This document shows, piece after piece, positions 14,960 through 27,344 of a DNA stretch of 64,000 bases. The notes beneath the pieces were generated by a model, which was not told where the DNA came from, did not search any database, and saw only the letters and a program-made list of their open reading frames with translations. How positions within the stretch are numbered: the first letter of the stretch is position 1; every line of letters begins with the position of its first letter. The stretch comes from the human T2T-CHM13v2.0 reference genome, Homo sapiens, in the NCBI RefSeq assembly GCF_009914755.1, contig NC_060933.1; one strand, given 5' to 3'. Both the position numbers and the translations under genes were made by a program.

Positions 14960-15334
14960 TTATTTATAAACTAAAATTCACCAGAATACTATTGGCAGTA
15001 CAATAAAATTCAAATTATCTGTCAATACTTTAAATTGTACTAAAGAACCCTGTTCTACAATCCAAAATCTCAATAAACTTCACAACCACTTGCTAATTCA
15101 GTTAACACAATGTCATTTCAGCAAACTCTAAAAAGGGTGGTAAAATTATGACAATAATTATCATATAAACCTCAGATCAGGGCATAGAGAATGAGCTACA
15201 TTCTCTCACTTATAAGTCTATTAACAGAATCCTTTAGAAACCTAAGAGGTTAAAAGTAAATTAACAACAGAAGGAAGCCCAATCTAATGAGGCTTTGAAA
15301 TGTAGGCATAGCTCACTTTCCTCAAATAAAAATC
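14960..15334 (+). pseudogene. MT-RNR1: NUMT piece 1: decayed mitochondrial 12S rRNA, 3' half
   Basis: Colinear motifs versus recalled mammalian 12S: ttcaccagaatacta, cctgttctacaatc, cttgctaattcag, ttcagcaaactctaaaaagg, aatgagctacattctct, tcactttcctcaaata; left boundary uncertain. Confidence 0.8.
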
Positions 15335-17764
15335 TATATTAGTCTATTTTCATATTGTCATAAAGAAATGACTGAGACTAGGTAATTCATAAATTAATGA
15401 GGTTTAATTGACTCACAGTTTAGCATGGCTGGGGAAACCTCAGGAAACTTGCAACCATGGCAGAAGGAGAAGAGAAAGCAAGGCACCTTCTTCACAAGGC
15501 AGCAGGAAGGAGAAGTGCTGAGCAAAGGTGGAAGAACCCCTTATAAAACCAAAAGATCTTGTGAGAACTCACTATCATGAAAGCAGCCTGGGGCAAAGTG
15601 CCCCCATGATTCAATTACCCTCCACCTGGTCTCTCCCTTGACACATGGGGAGTATGGCAATTATAATTCAAGATGAGATTTGGGTGGGAACACAAAGCCT
15701 AACCATATTGTTCTGCCCCTGGCCCCTTCCAAATCTCGTCTTTTCACATTTCAAACAAATCATGCCTTCCCATCAGTCCACCAAATTGTTAATTCATTTT
15801 AGATTTAATCCAAAAGTCCAAGTCCAAAGTCTTATCTGAGACAAGGCAAGTCCCTTCTGCCTATAAGCCTGTAAAATAAAAAACAATTGAGTTACTCCCA
15901 AGATACAATGGAGGTAGAGGCATTGGGTAAATGCTCCAATTCCAAAATGGAGAAATTGGCCAAAATGAAGGGGCTACAGACCCCATGCAAATCCAAAATC
16001 CAAAGGGGCAGTCATTAAATCTTAAAACTCCAAAATGATCTCCTCTGACTCCATATCTTACATCCAAGCCACGCTGATGCAAGAAGTAGGCTCCCATGGC
16101 TTTGGGCAGCTCTGCCCCTTTGGCTTTGCAGGGTACAGCATCTTCCTAGCTGCTTTCACAGGCTGATGTTGATTGTCTGCTGCTTTTTCAGGCACACAGT
16201 GCAAGTTTTCAGTGGACCTATTATTCTGGTGTCTGGAGGATGGTGGTCCTAGTCTCATAGCTTAAGTAGGAAGTGCCCCAGTGTGGCCTCTGTGTGGCAG
16301 CCCCGACCCCACATATGCTTTCCACACTGCCCTAACAGAGGTTCTCCACGAGGACTCTACCACTGCAGCAAAGTCCTGCCTAGATATCCAGGCATTTCCA
16401 TACATCCTCTGAAATCTAGGCAGAAGTTCCCAAACCTCAGTTCTTCACTTCTGCACACCTGCAGGCCCAACACCATGTGTAAGCCACCAAAGCTTGGGGG
16501 TTGCACCCTCTGAAGCAGTGGCCAAAGCTATACGTTTGGCCCTTTCAGCCAGAGCTGCACAGCTGGGGCATGAGGCACTAAGTCCCGAGACTGCACAAAA
16601 GAACAAAGCCCTGGCCCAGTCCATGAAACCATTTTTTCCTCTGAGGCTTCCAGGCCTGTGATGGGGCAGGGTGGGGGGGCTGCCATGAAGACCTCTGATA
16701 TGCCCTGGAGACATTTTCCCCATTGTCTTGGTGATTAACATTTGGCTCCTCTTTACTTATGCAAATTTCTGAAGCAGGCTTGAATTTCTCCTCAGAAAAT
16801 GGGTTTTTCTTTTCTATCACATCATCAGACTGCAAATTATCCAGACATTCTCTGCTTCCCTTTTAAACACAAGTTCCAATTTCAAACTATCTCCCTGTGA
16901 ATGCATAAAACTGAATACTTTTAAGAGCACCCAGGCCACCCCTTGAACACTTTGCTGCTTAGAAATTTCTTCTGTCAGATAACCTAAGTCAACTCTCTCA
17001 GGTTCAAAGTTCCACAGATTTCTAGGGCAGGGGCAAATTGTCACCAGCCTCTTTGCTAAAGCATATCAAGAGTCACCTTTATTCCAGTTTTCAGCAAGTT
17101 CCTCATCTTCATCTGAGACCACCTCAGCCTGGATTTTATTGTCTATGTCACTATCAGCATTTTGTTCAAAGCCATTCAACATGTCTCTAGGAGGTTCCAA
17201 ACTTTCCCCTATCTTCTTCTCTTCTGAGCCTTCCAAGTCTCTGAGAGTTCTAAACTTTCCCACATTTTCCTGTCTTCTTCTGAGCCCTCTGTTCCAACCT
17301 CTCCCTGTTACTCAGTTCCAAAGTCACTTCCACATTTTTGGGTATCTTTATAGCAGTACCCCACTCTCTATGGTACCAATTTACTGTATTAGACCATTTT
17401 CATACTGCTATAAAAAACTATCTGACACTGAGTAATTTATAAAGGAAAGAGGTTAAATTGACTCACAGTTCAGCATGGCTAGGGAGATCTCAGGAAACTT
17501 ACAATCATGGCAGAAGGCAAAAGGGAGGCAAGGCACCTTCTTCACAAGGCAGCAGGAAGGAGAAGTGCTGATGGAAGGGTGAATAGCCCCTTATAAAACC
17601 ATCAGATCTTATGAGAACTCTCTCACTGTCATGAGAACAGGATGGGGCAAATTGCAATCATGGCCCAATTATCCTCCACCTAGTCTCTCTCTTGACATGT
17701 GGGGATTATGGGGATTATAATTCAAGATGAGATTTGGGTGGGGACACAAAGCCTAACCATATCA
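15335..17764 (-). mobile_element. Complete THE1D/MSTA-type MaLR element (LTR 15335-15710, internal 15711-17384, LTR 17385-17764)
   Basis: Two similar ~380-bp LTRs; 5-bp TSD AAATC at 15330-15334 and 17765-17769; internal MaLR ORF remnants (LNGFEQNADSDID, LWNFEPERVDLGYLTEEISKQQS). Confidence 0.95.
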
Positions 17765-17769
17765 AAATC

Positions 17770-17857
17770 TAACATAATATGAATAGTATAAAATAAGTAA
17801 TATGTATCGAAAAAATTAATACCATAAGTAAGCATATTACAAAGTCATTGGGCAAAC
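17770..17857 (+). pseudogene. MT-RNR1: NUMT piece 2a: 3' end of mitochondrial 12S rRNA
   Basis: taagtaagcatattacaaagtcattgggcaaac resembles the 12S terminus (ggtaagcatactggaaagtgtgcttgg) and continues piece 1 across the TSD. Confidence 0.65.
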
Positions 17858-17922
17858 CAAAGGACAATTTAAAGTGCAAAGCATGCCGCTGGGGAATTGA
17901 AACTAACCTTGAAGCCACTTGA
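17858..17922 (+). pseudogene. MT-TV: NUMT piece 2b: decayed mitochondrial tRNA-Val
   Basis: Position between 12S and 16S remnants, expected length, caaag...caaagca...cttga anchors; cloverleaf not intact. Confidence 0.55.
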
Positions 17923-19218
17923 ACCAATCCTAGCTCTAATTAAACTAAATACAATTCTTACTAATAAAGCAAGGAAAACTGTCACTAATAACTATACCAA
18001 ATTATTCCATATGGTATGGAACAGAGAAATCTAATTTAGATTTTAAAGAGTATAACAAAGAAAAAATAAAATACAAAATTGTCATAGAAGAACGGAGTAT
18101 ATTTTTATACCTTTGGCATAATGAATTAACTAGAACATTACAGAGAAATTTTACTTAAGACACAGAAAACAGACAAGCTACTTGTAAATAGTTAATTAGG
18201 AAAAATTCTTCTCTGTGAAAAAATAATGAGAAGGATTTATAGCTAGAGCTAAAAGCTGGTTATCCGAAGCAGAATTTAAGGTCAACTTTAAATTTACCTT
18301 AAGAAGAATCCATCTTAATGTAAATTTAAATGTTAACCAGAAGATATACAAGTCATTTGAAATAGGACAAAATCTTCCTTGGAGAGAAATTACTCATAAA
18401 ATTATAATTGGCTTAAGAGAAGCTTCAATTTCTCATGCATTCTATTCAATCATAACGAAATACCAATAAGCAAAATCACCTCCTAATACCTTATTGTTTT
18501 AATCCATGTATGCAGAGAAAAAATTAATATAAACAATAAGAAATACTTTTCTACATAAGCCCTTACAATAATGAATAAACCACTGATAGCAAATAGATTG
18601 AAAACATAGAAAGTATTAGTGTAATGTACTATTAACCTAAAATACAAATGTAATAAGATTAAAAGGAATAAAAGAAATTTAATAAACCATTATCTCCCCT
18701 CTATTTACTAAAAAAAACTTAATTTGTTAATTGAATATAGAAACTTATTGTCTAATTAGCTAAAGTAATCATGATCTGAATTAATTATTTTGGTTGAGGT
18801 GACCTCAGAACATAGTAAAGCCTCCCAATGATCAAAGCTAGACTAATCACTCAAATACGTGATCATTATTAGTTGGCTCAAGTTTTTTTGGTTGATAATC
18901 TATTTTATTGATGAACAGATTTTTCAATTGGTAATAATAAAATTCCATTTTAGAGGTCAAATTGATGATTAAGTTTATGATTTTATTGTTGCATCCATAC
19001 ATCCTAAAGATGTGACTTCTACTTAAGGTTCTTTAGTGCCATGGGTAAAGTTGAATGTTACCTAAGTTCATATCAGAGCAATTTCATTTGATGATTCTTT
19101 ATGCAAAGGTGTCTTACAATATGAAAGGGCTTTAAAAATGAGGTCCACTCTACAAAAGGGCTTAATATTAATTTGATATTTATCTAAGTACAATAAATTA
19201 TTAAAATCCTAGTCTAAG
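17923..19218 (+). pseudogene. MT-RNR2: NUMT piece 2c: decayed mitochondrial 16S rRNA with an internal deletion
   Basis: tatacctttggcataatgaattaactagaa (18106-18135), agctggttatcc, tcaactttaaattt, tgtaaatttaaatgtta, ttttggttgaggtgacctcaga (~18788-18809) match recalled 16S motifs in the correct order. Confidence 0.9.
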
Positions 19219-20698
19219 GGAGAGGCAGAACAAGTTGCTGGAATAAACCCTCCAGCAATCCCCACCCCGCCATGCCCCACTCCACCCTCAACCCTACCCC
19301 CGGTGTAGCCGCTCACTCAGGGAAACTTCAGATTAAATAACTATCCACACAAGAAAACTTCTTCTCACAAGAGGTAACTAAATCAGGTGAGAAATCACAG
19401 CACCAAGTTATAGCATAATAACAGGAAAGGATGTGTTAAAGAGGATAGGAAGAACAGTCTTGAACTGTCTTCATCACTCCTTTGCCAACCCCATGCAGCA
19501 CTGCATAGACAATCTGCTTGGGAGAGGAAGAGGAAAGTGAGTACGGGACTTTGCATTGGAACTTAGTATCAGCTTCCCCACAGTGAAACACAGTACCAGG
19601 CAGAAACACATGGCTCCCTTTTCCAGTCTGGTGCCTATGGAGGGAGCATTTAGGCTTTGCCCCAGGCAAGAAGAAAATCTGCAGCCTGGGCAGGAGGAAT
19701 CTGAGTCCTGATCTGCTTTACTACCAGCTGATTAAAGTGGCCTTTGGCACCAAATAAATGGACCCAATGGGTCCTCATTTTAGTGACAGGGAGGTCATAG
19801 TGATTACTATCCTTGGGTGAGCACTGTTATTGACATGGTCTGGAAGGCTATAAGCTTCAGATACGACTCAGTGAGACATAAGCTGCAGCAGCCACAGGAG
19901 TGCCCATGTCACCTCTCTGCCAACTCTAGGCAGTGCAGCTTTGAGAGAGACTTCTCCAGGGAAGAAGAGGGAAGTGTGCAGGAGACTTTGCCCTGGGAAC
20001 TAGTACCAACTCTGCCACAGTAAAACAGCCCTGAACTGAAAACCACAAGCCCTTATTTTTGGCCAGTGCTTCCAGACAACGCTTCTACCTCACCCCTAAC
20101 CAGAATGGAATCTGCTGCACTGGCAGGACAGACAGGAGTCCCATCCAGTCATCACCATTGACTGTACACACACATACACAATGGAATACCATTCAGCCAT
20201 AAAACAAAATGAAATCCTATCATTTGAGGCAACATGCGTGAACCTGGAGGATGTTATGTTAAGTGAAATAAGCCAGGCACAGAAACACAAACACCATGTG
20301 ATCTCACTCATAAGTGGAATCTAAAAAAGTTGGTTTCATAGAAGCAGAAAGTAGTATAGTGGTTACTAGAGGCTGGGGAAGAAAAGGGGCAGGAAAAGAC
20401 AAAGAGGTTGTTCAATGAGTAGAAAGTTACAGTTATACAGAAAGAATAAGTTCTGTTTTATTACAAAGTAGGGTGGCTATAACAAATAACAATGTAGTGT
20501 ATATTTCAAGATACCTATAAGAGAAGATTTTGAACTTCAGCTCAAATAAATGTAAATGTTTAAAGTGACAGATTAGTAATTACCCCAGTTTGATCATCAT
20601 ATAATGCATGGATGCATTGAAACATCACACTGTATTCCAGAAATATGTAAAGTATTATGTGTCCATTATAAATTCAAAAAATTAACTAACGAAAAAAT
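19219..20698 (+). mobile_element. Old L1 (L1M/L1MA) with 5'UTR joined directly to the 3' end
   Basis: Starts ggagaggcagaacaag (L1 5' end-like); L1MA 3' end from ~20165 (atggaataccattcagccataaaa); flanking repeat GTCTAAG at 19212-19218 and 20699-20705. Confidence 0.8.
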
Positions 20699-20705
20699 GT
20701 CTAAG

Positions 20706-21088
<383 letters not shown>

Positions 21089-21381
21089 ATGTTCCTAAGT
21101 AATTTATAATTGCAATATTTCCCTATTGTATTAGTTTAGGCCTTCTGAGGGCTTATCAAATAAAAAATTGGGTCACTGAATTTCAAAAAACCAACTAACT
21201 TAGTTCCATATGGATTATTTGAACCGATTGCAGATGTCATAAATGATATATTAAAGAATCATAAAAACCACTTCGATCTCTAATGCGATTAATAGTAACA
21301 TAGATTATTGCACCTGTTATGGTCCTGACCTTGCTTTAACAATTTGAGTGTCTACTTTATCATTATATCAGTTAATAGGTT

Positions 21382-21765
21382 TGTCTTAGTCCATTTTGTG
21401 TTGCTATAACAGAATATCACAGACTGGATAATTTATAAAGAAATGAAATTTATTTCTTAGAGTTCTTGAGGTTGAAAACTCCCACAGGCCCGCATCTGGT
21501 GACGGTCTTCTTGCAGAAGGTGGAAGAGCCAGAGATTGCAAGAGAGCAAGAGAGTAAGCAGGGGCCACTAGCTTTTACAGCAAGCCTACACTCAGCCCAC
21601 ACTCATGATAATTCACCTGTTCCCATGATAACAACATTGATGCATTCATGTGAGCTTTGCCTGCATGGCCTAATTACCTCTTAAAATTCCCACCTCTCAG
21701 TACTGTTGCATTGAGGATTTAATGTCCAGCACATGAACTCAGCAGGAAAAAATCAAACCAAAAGA
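21382..21765 (-). mobile_element. MST/MLT1A-type MaLR solo LTR
   Basis: tgtcttagtccattttgtgttgctataacagaata... terminus; imperfect TSD aggtt/agatt. Confidence 0.85.
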
Positions 21766-21911
21766 AGATTTAAAGCTAGAATTACTATTAGTCTTCTCTA
21801 TATGAAGCTTAGCAGTGTAGTCAGTCAAGCTCATAGTGTCCAGAACTTGAATAATCCAGAATCCTTTGAGCAGAAACAAAAATCATGAATTCCACGTAGG
21901 CAATTACTCTG

Positions 21912-21952
21912 TGGGGTGCGTGTGTGTTGTTGTGGGTGTGTGTGTGTGTGTG
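21912..21952. repeat. Imperfect (TG)n microsatellite
   Basis: Direct reading. Confidence 0.85.
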
Positions 21953-22957
21953 CACATGAGTCATTTACATTAAGAGCTAACTTCCCTGAATTATTTGCTC
22001 TGATCCACTTTTAACTTTCGAGAAAAGGCAGAAGAAATACAGAAAAGGTTTTAGTTACTTCATTGGATTTGCAACTCAGTGTATAAGTTAAACTTCCCAG
22101 CTTGATAAATGAGGAATTATCCTCTGTCTTTATATTTTATGTACAAAAATTATTCTCACATAGATTCATCTACCCTTGACTATTCTCAACAAATCACAAA
22201 GTGGTCACTGCTCTATATAGTGGAGACTGCCCTTAACTTGCTAATTCAGGGTGATTTTAATCAATGTGTAGTTTTATTAGGAGATGCTCAGATTTATAAC
22301 TGTTATTGCTTATTTCTTAGTAATAATTTTCTTAATCATAATACCGTCATGATTGGAAGATTTTGAAACTCATTAAGGCCATTAATTATAGGCACTCCAG
22401 ATAGAGCATTCTAATAAATAAATAAGCTTTTGATTATTGCCCCAGGATTCCTTTTACTGCTTGCAGCATCAACAGCAGGAGCAAGGCAGGACTAGAGTGA
22501 ACAGTGTGCCCTCCACCCACTGGCAGTCTAACACCTGTCGGCACGATAGATTTCTTTATCATCTTCCTCATCTAGCAAGGTTTCATCAATTTTAGGTGCC
22601 ATTAATTTTCTTACTGCAATTAATTAAAATAAAACCACCTTTTACATCCCAATACCACAGACCACTAATTCCATTTTCAGTATTATTACAACTTTTTATA
22701 ACTGCCATAGAAATCACTGTTAACAAAACAGAATCTAAGTATTACCTTTACAAATCTAACAGAAAGCAGAGACCCAATTTAATATCAACATTTGCGCTGA
22801 AGTGTTGGACATGCTGAAGGATACATGCTTTGGAAAAATTTCACATATTTTAACATAATGTTCAGGAAACCATTCTTTAGTTGCATAAAAACTAATCTGA
22901 GTAGCACTGCCAATTAGAATTTTAGGATTTATTGTATATCACGTTATAATTTAACCC

Positions 22958-23305
22958 TGTAGGGTCTGCATATTTATGTTTCCCCAAAATTAACATGCTA
23001 AAATCCTCACCCCCAAGGTGACGATGTTAGGACGTGGAGCTTTTGGGAATGATTAGGTCATGAGGGTTCTACCCTCATAATAAGATTAATGGCCTTATAA
23101 GAGAGGCTGGAGAGAGCTCCTTTACCCTTCGTTTTTGTGAGGACACAGAAAGAAGGCAGTGTCTATGAGGAAGTGTGTCCTCACCAGACACTGAATCTGA
23201 TGGCTACTTGATCTTGTACTTCCCAGCCTCTATCACTGTGAAAAATAATTTCCCTGGTTTATAAGCCACCTACTATACTATATATATTCAAACAGGCTAA
23301 AAAAT
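22958..23305 (+). mobile_element. MLT1A-type MaLR solo LTR
   Basis: cccaaggtgacgatgttagg...gattaggtcatgaggg...ccttataagaga...ccagacactgaatctg...ttataagccac motifs. Confidence 0.85.
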
Positions 23306-24078
23306 ACCCTGAATATTGAAATAGATGTGCAAGTACATCCAATTTCTGCTGCCATAATTATTACTATCGTATCAGAGGTTAAAGTCTTTGACTAGCTATG
23401 TTACAAGAATAACATAAGTGATCACCAGTTATACTCTGACTTATGTATTTTATTTGCCTATGTACTGCATATGGGCTAACAGGAGTTGTTTTATCTACTA
23501 AATGCATCATTTGTTTACTGATTCCTGTTATTTTTAAGATAAATATTATATCTTATATGAGGCAAGGCTCAACCACCATGTGTAGGTAATAATGGAACTG
23601 GTTTTTCCCAATATTTTCTTGGCCTTTCTGGAATGTAGCAATGATAATCAGCCTATACAGGTGCTGAAACAAGATGAAAACTCTGTCATCTATGAAGCCA
23701 CTAGTTCACTGATAGCAGTGATAATAAAATTCTTTATAAGATATTGGTAAAAATAAATTTACCAATCTTTACTTAATTTTATCAAAGTTAAATTATCTGT
23801 GTCTGTTAGCATATCAACTCTATCTAGGTTTTCAATTCCATATTTTTCACTTTAGAGAAATGTTCCCATTTCCATGTCTTATAATAGCATTTATAATTAG
23901 CTCTTTGGTATTTGGTATTATATATCTAATATTAAACACAAAATTAACTCACAAAAGCACCACAGATGCTTAAGAATTAGAAACAGTATGCACATCTTAC
24001 CTTTAATTATTTTAATTCTTATTGATCTTCCATTATTATGAAATTATGAATATTTAATTGTGGAGTAATAACTCATTC

Positions 24079-24360
24079 CTTTTTTTATTTTTCTTTTGAG
24101 ACAGGGTCTTGCTCTATCACCCAGGCTGGAGTGCACAGCAGTCTCGACCTCCCAAGTTCAGGCAATTCTCCTATCTCAGCCTCCTGAGTAGCTGAGACTA
24201 CAGGCACGTGATACCACGCCCAACTAATCATTGTATTTTTTGTAGAGACAAGGTTTTGCCATGTTGACCAGGCCAGTCTCAAACTCCTGGGCTCAAGGTT
24301 TCCACCCACCTTGGCCTCCCATTGTGCTGAGAGTACAGGCCTGGACCACTGGGCCCAGCC
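24079..24360 (-). mobile_element. AluJ
   Basis: gagacagggtcttgctct, aactcctgggctcaag diagnostics of AluJ; diverged, with a small internal deletion. Confidence 0.93.
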
Positions 24361-26340
24361 TCCATAATCCATTCCTAACTGCAGAAACAACAAGATGACA
24401 ATGAATTGAATTTATGATTATAGAGACTATGAAATTCTTAACTTTGATTCAGACGAAGATAATTATGTCTATAGAAATTGATATTCATGTAGTAATCCTC
24501 ACAGAACTGCCATCTAAACATTAACCTCATCAGAAGATGTGCTTCATTCATGAGCTGCTCCTTCTTTATATTTAGAACAGTTGCTTTTCCAGGACAAATA
24601 AAGTGAGAAGTATTAACGTTTACTAGACTTGACATTACAAACAATGCTCTTAAACTATGTAACTCAAATTATACCTTCATGGACTTTGTGCTCGAGGTAG
24701 TACTTTAGAATAGTTTGAAAACTGACCCATATCAGTGCTATAAATTCATAGGGGAGATAAATTATCATTAATTATTAAAGTTAAAGATGGAGAACTTAAA
24801 TCCCTTGCAAATGAAATACCACAATTAGATACAGTACTATAAACTACTAATATATTATCAATAATTCTAGTGATATTTTTAATGAAAATTTTTATGCTTG
24901 TAGTTTTGAACTATCACCCTCACCCGTAACACTTGAAACATCAATACTGAGTAACAAAGTAAGAGATAATTTTTATCTGCCTCTGTCCTCCAGCAATAGT
25001 AGGACTAGGTATTGTAAACTTTATTATTTTCTCAATAAATGCATTTCTTTCACCAAACCATCTTATTACAAATTGTAATTAGATGCTAACAGCAGATAGA
25101 CTAATTTTAAAGTAGCAAGTGTTAACTCATAGAGACTTGGCACAGGTTTTATCTCTAACATCAATTTAATCTCATTCCATTTACTGAAACTTCAGTCCTG
25201 CTAGTACCCATACCTCACACAGTTACCTAAGCCAAGCAATTCACAGCAAATTTAGGAATGGCCATCTCACTATGGGCAGAAACAGTTATTTTTTGTTTTC
25301 ATCATAAAAATGAAGCCTTATCAGAGTATTTTATATCCCAAGAAACACCTGCTATATGTGTGTCTATCTTTGTCATCATGATCATTCCTGGAATATTTAA
25401 CAAATAGTTTTAGCATTACGGTTTGCAGCAAACATTACAGTTTGCCACTTGTTAATTCACCTAGTTAGAGGAGCTGCATTAGCCCTATTACCAATTAGCC
25501 CATCAGTAGTCTCGATCAGGTTTATTATTTTAGTACTTCTTATGGTTTTAGAGTCCACAGTTAGCTGAATTCAATCATATATCTTCACATCTTCAGGAAG
25601 CCTATATTTACAAATAACACCTATTAACTAACATGCTAATCATATAATAAAATTAAGCCTTTGGCCACTAAGAGGAGGCTTATCTGCTAGACTCCATTTA
25701 ATTTATCATTTCTAGTAATAGTCATACTATTAAATAATGCACAAGCAATAGGCTATAAATAAAGAGATGGTGTTTAAGAGACTACTTTCACAGGTCCCTA
25801 GAGGTCAGTTGCACAAAAAGAACTTACATATGAAATAATCCCCTTCAATGTGCTAGAAATATTTTTTATTACAGGGTATTTTTTATCTTTCATTCAAATA
25901 TAGCCCCTATACCAAAACTTGGTAGAGTCTGATCACTAGCATGTATTAAAACACTAAACTACTATATCCATTAGCAGTATCATTTCTTAACACTTTTATC
26001 CTTCTAGTTGCTGGAGTAGCTATCACTTGGACCACCCCGCACTCCCACAATCTGAAAAAAAGAAATCAAAATGAAACATTACCAGAACTGTTTATCAACA
26101 CTACACTAGATGTTTACATTATGAGAAACCTCAGAATTATTATGAAACATTATACACTAGTTCTAATGACCTCTATGACTCAATATTATTTTTGACAAAA
26201 TGGATTTCATAGATTGTGTGTAATTACTGCTAAAGCTTTAATTATATGTTTTCTATGTCAAATAACATTTTGCTTCACTTTTAATCATTTTAGTTTTGAA
26301 ACTCACCCTAATACAGACCCTCTTAATTGTCATATAACTC

Positions 26341-27340
26341 TTTACTATTTTAATTTTTAATTTTTGTGGGTATATAGTAGGTGTATATATTTATGAGGTA
26401 CATGAGACATTTTGATATAGGTATCATGGAAAGTGGGGTATCCATCCTCTCAAGTATTTATCTTTTGTGTTACAAACAATCCAATTATAGTCTTGTAGTT
26501 ATTTTAAAATGTACAATTAAATTATTGACTATAGTCACCCTGTTGTGTGCTATCAAATACTAGGTATTAATAATCATCACATCATGGAGAATGAAGGATC
26601 CGTCCCCTCAAGCTTTTACCCTTCGTGTTAAAAACAGTCCAATTATAGTCTTTTAGTTATTTCAAAATGTACAATTAAGTTATTGACTATAGTCACCCTG
26701 TTGTACTATCAAAGAATAGGTATTTTTCATTCTTTCTATATTTTTTGTACTCATTAACCATCCCCACACCCTCACACCCAACCCCACCCACTACCCTTCC
26801 CAGCCTCTGGAAATCATCCTTATAACTCTGTGTCCATGGGTTCAATTGTTTTGATATTTAGATTCTACAAATTAGTGAGAATATACAATGTTTGTCTATC
26901 TGTTCCCGGCTTGAATCACTTAACATACTGATCTCCAGTTCCATCCACGTTGTTGCAAATGACAGGATCGCATTCTTTTTATGGCTGAATAGTCTTCATT
27001 GTATATACGTACCACATTTTCTTTATCCATTTATCCCCTGATGGACACTTAGGTTGCTTTCAAATCTTGGCTATTGGGAACAGTGCTGCAGCAAACATGG
27101 GAATGTAGATATCTCTTCTATATACTGATTTCCTTTCTTTTTTGTGGATTCCCAGCAATAGGATTGCTGGTTCCTAAGGTAGCTCTACTTTTATTTTTTT
27201 GAGGACCCTCCAAACTGTTCTCCACAGTGGAGACTGTACTAATTGACATAGTGGAGGTTGTACTAATTGACATTCCCACCAGTGTACGAGGATTCTTTTC
27301 CTCCACATCCTCACGAGCATGTTATTGCCTGTCTTTTCTT
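26341..27340 (-). mobile_element. L1MA 3' end (L1MA2/3-like) with an internal ~145-bp duplication
   Basis: ttttgtgggtatatagtaggtgtatatatttatg terminus; tgatggacacttaggttgc; duplicated block 26423-26568 / 26581-26725. Confidence 0.88.
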
Positions 27341-27344
27341 TTTT

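Larger units (their letters stand above)
21089..21975 (+). pseudogene. MT-ND1: NUMT pieces 4-5: decayed ND1 5' half, split by an LTR at 21382-21765
   Basis: ATG at 21089 directly after the tRNA-Leu remnant; 21206-21241 reads PYGLFEPIADVM in the mt code (ND1 PYGLLQPxADAxK); IIAPVM..LALTIW; after the LTR, SLAV*S and degenerate RAVAQTISYEVTLAI-like DNA; many stops and frameshifts; right end uncertain. Confidence 0.8.

Noticed and set aside
15711-17384. Coding MaLR gag-like gene
   Set aside because: Broken into short fragments in different frames; ordinary decayed internal region
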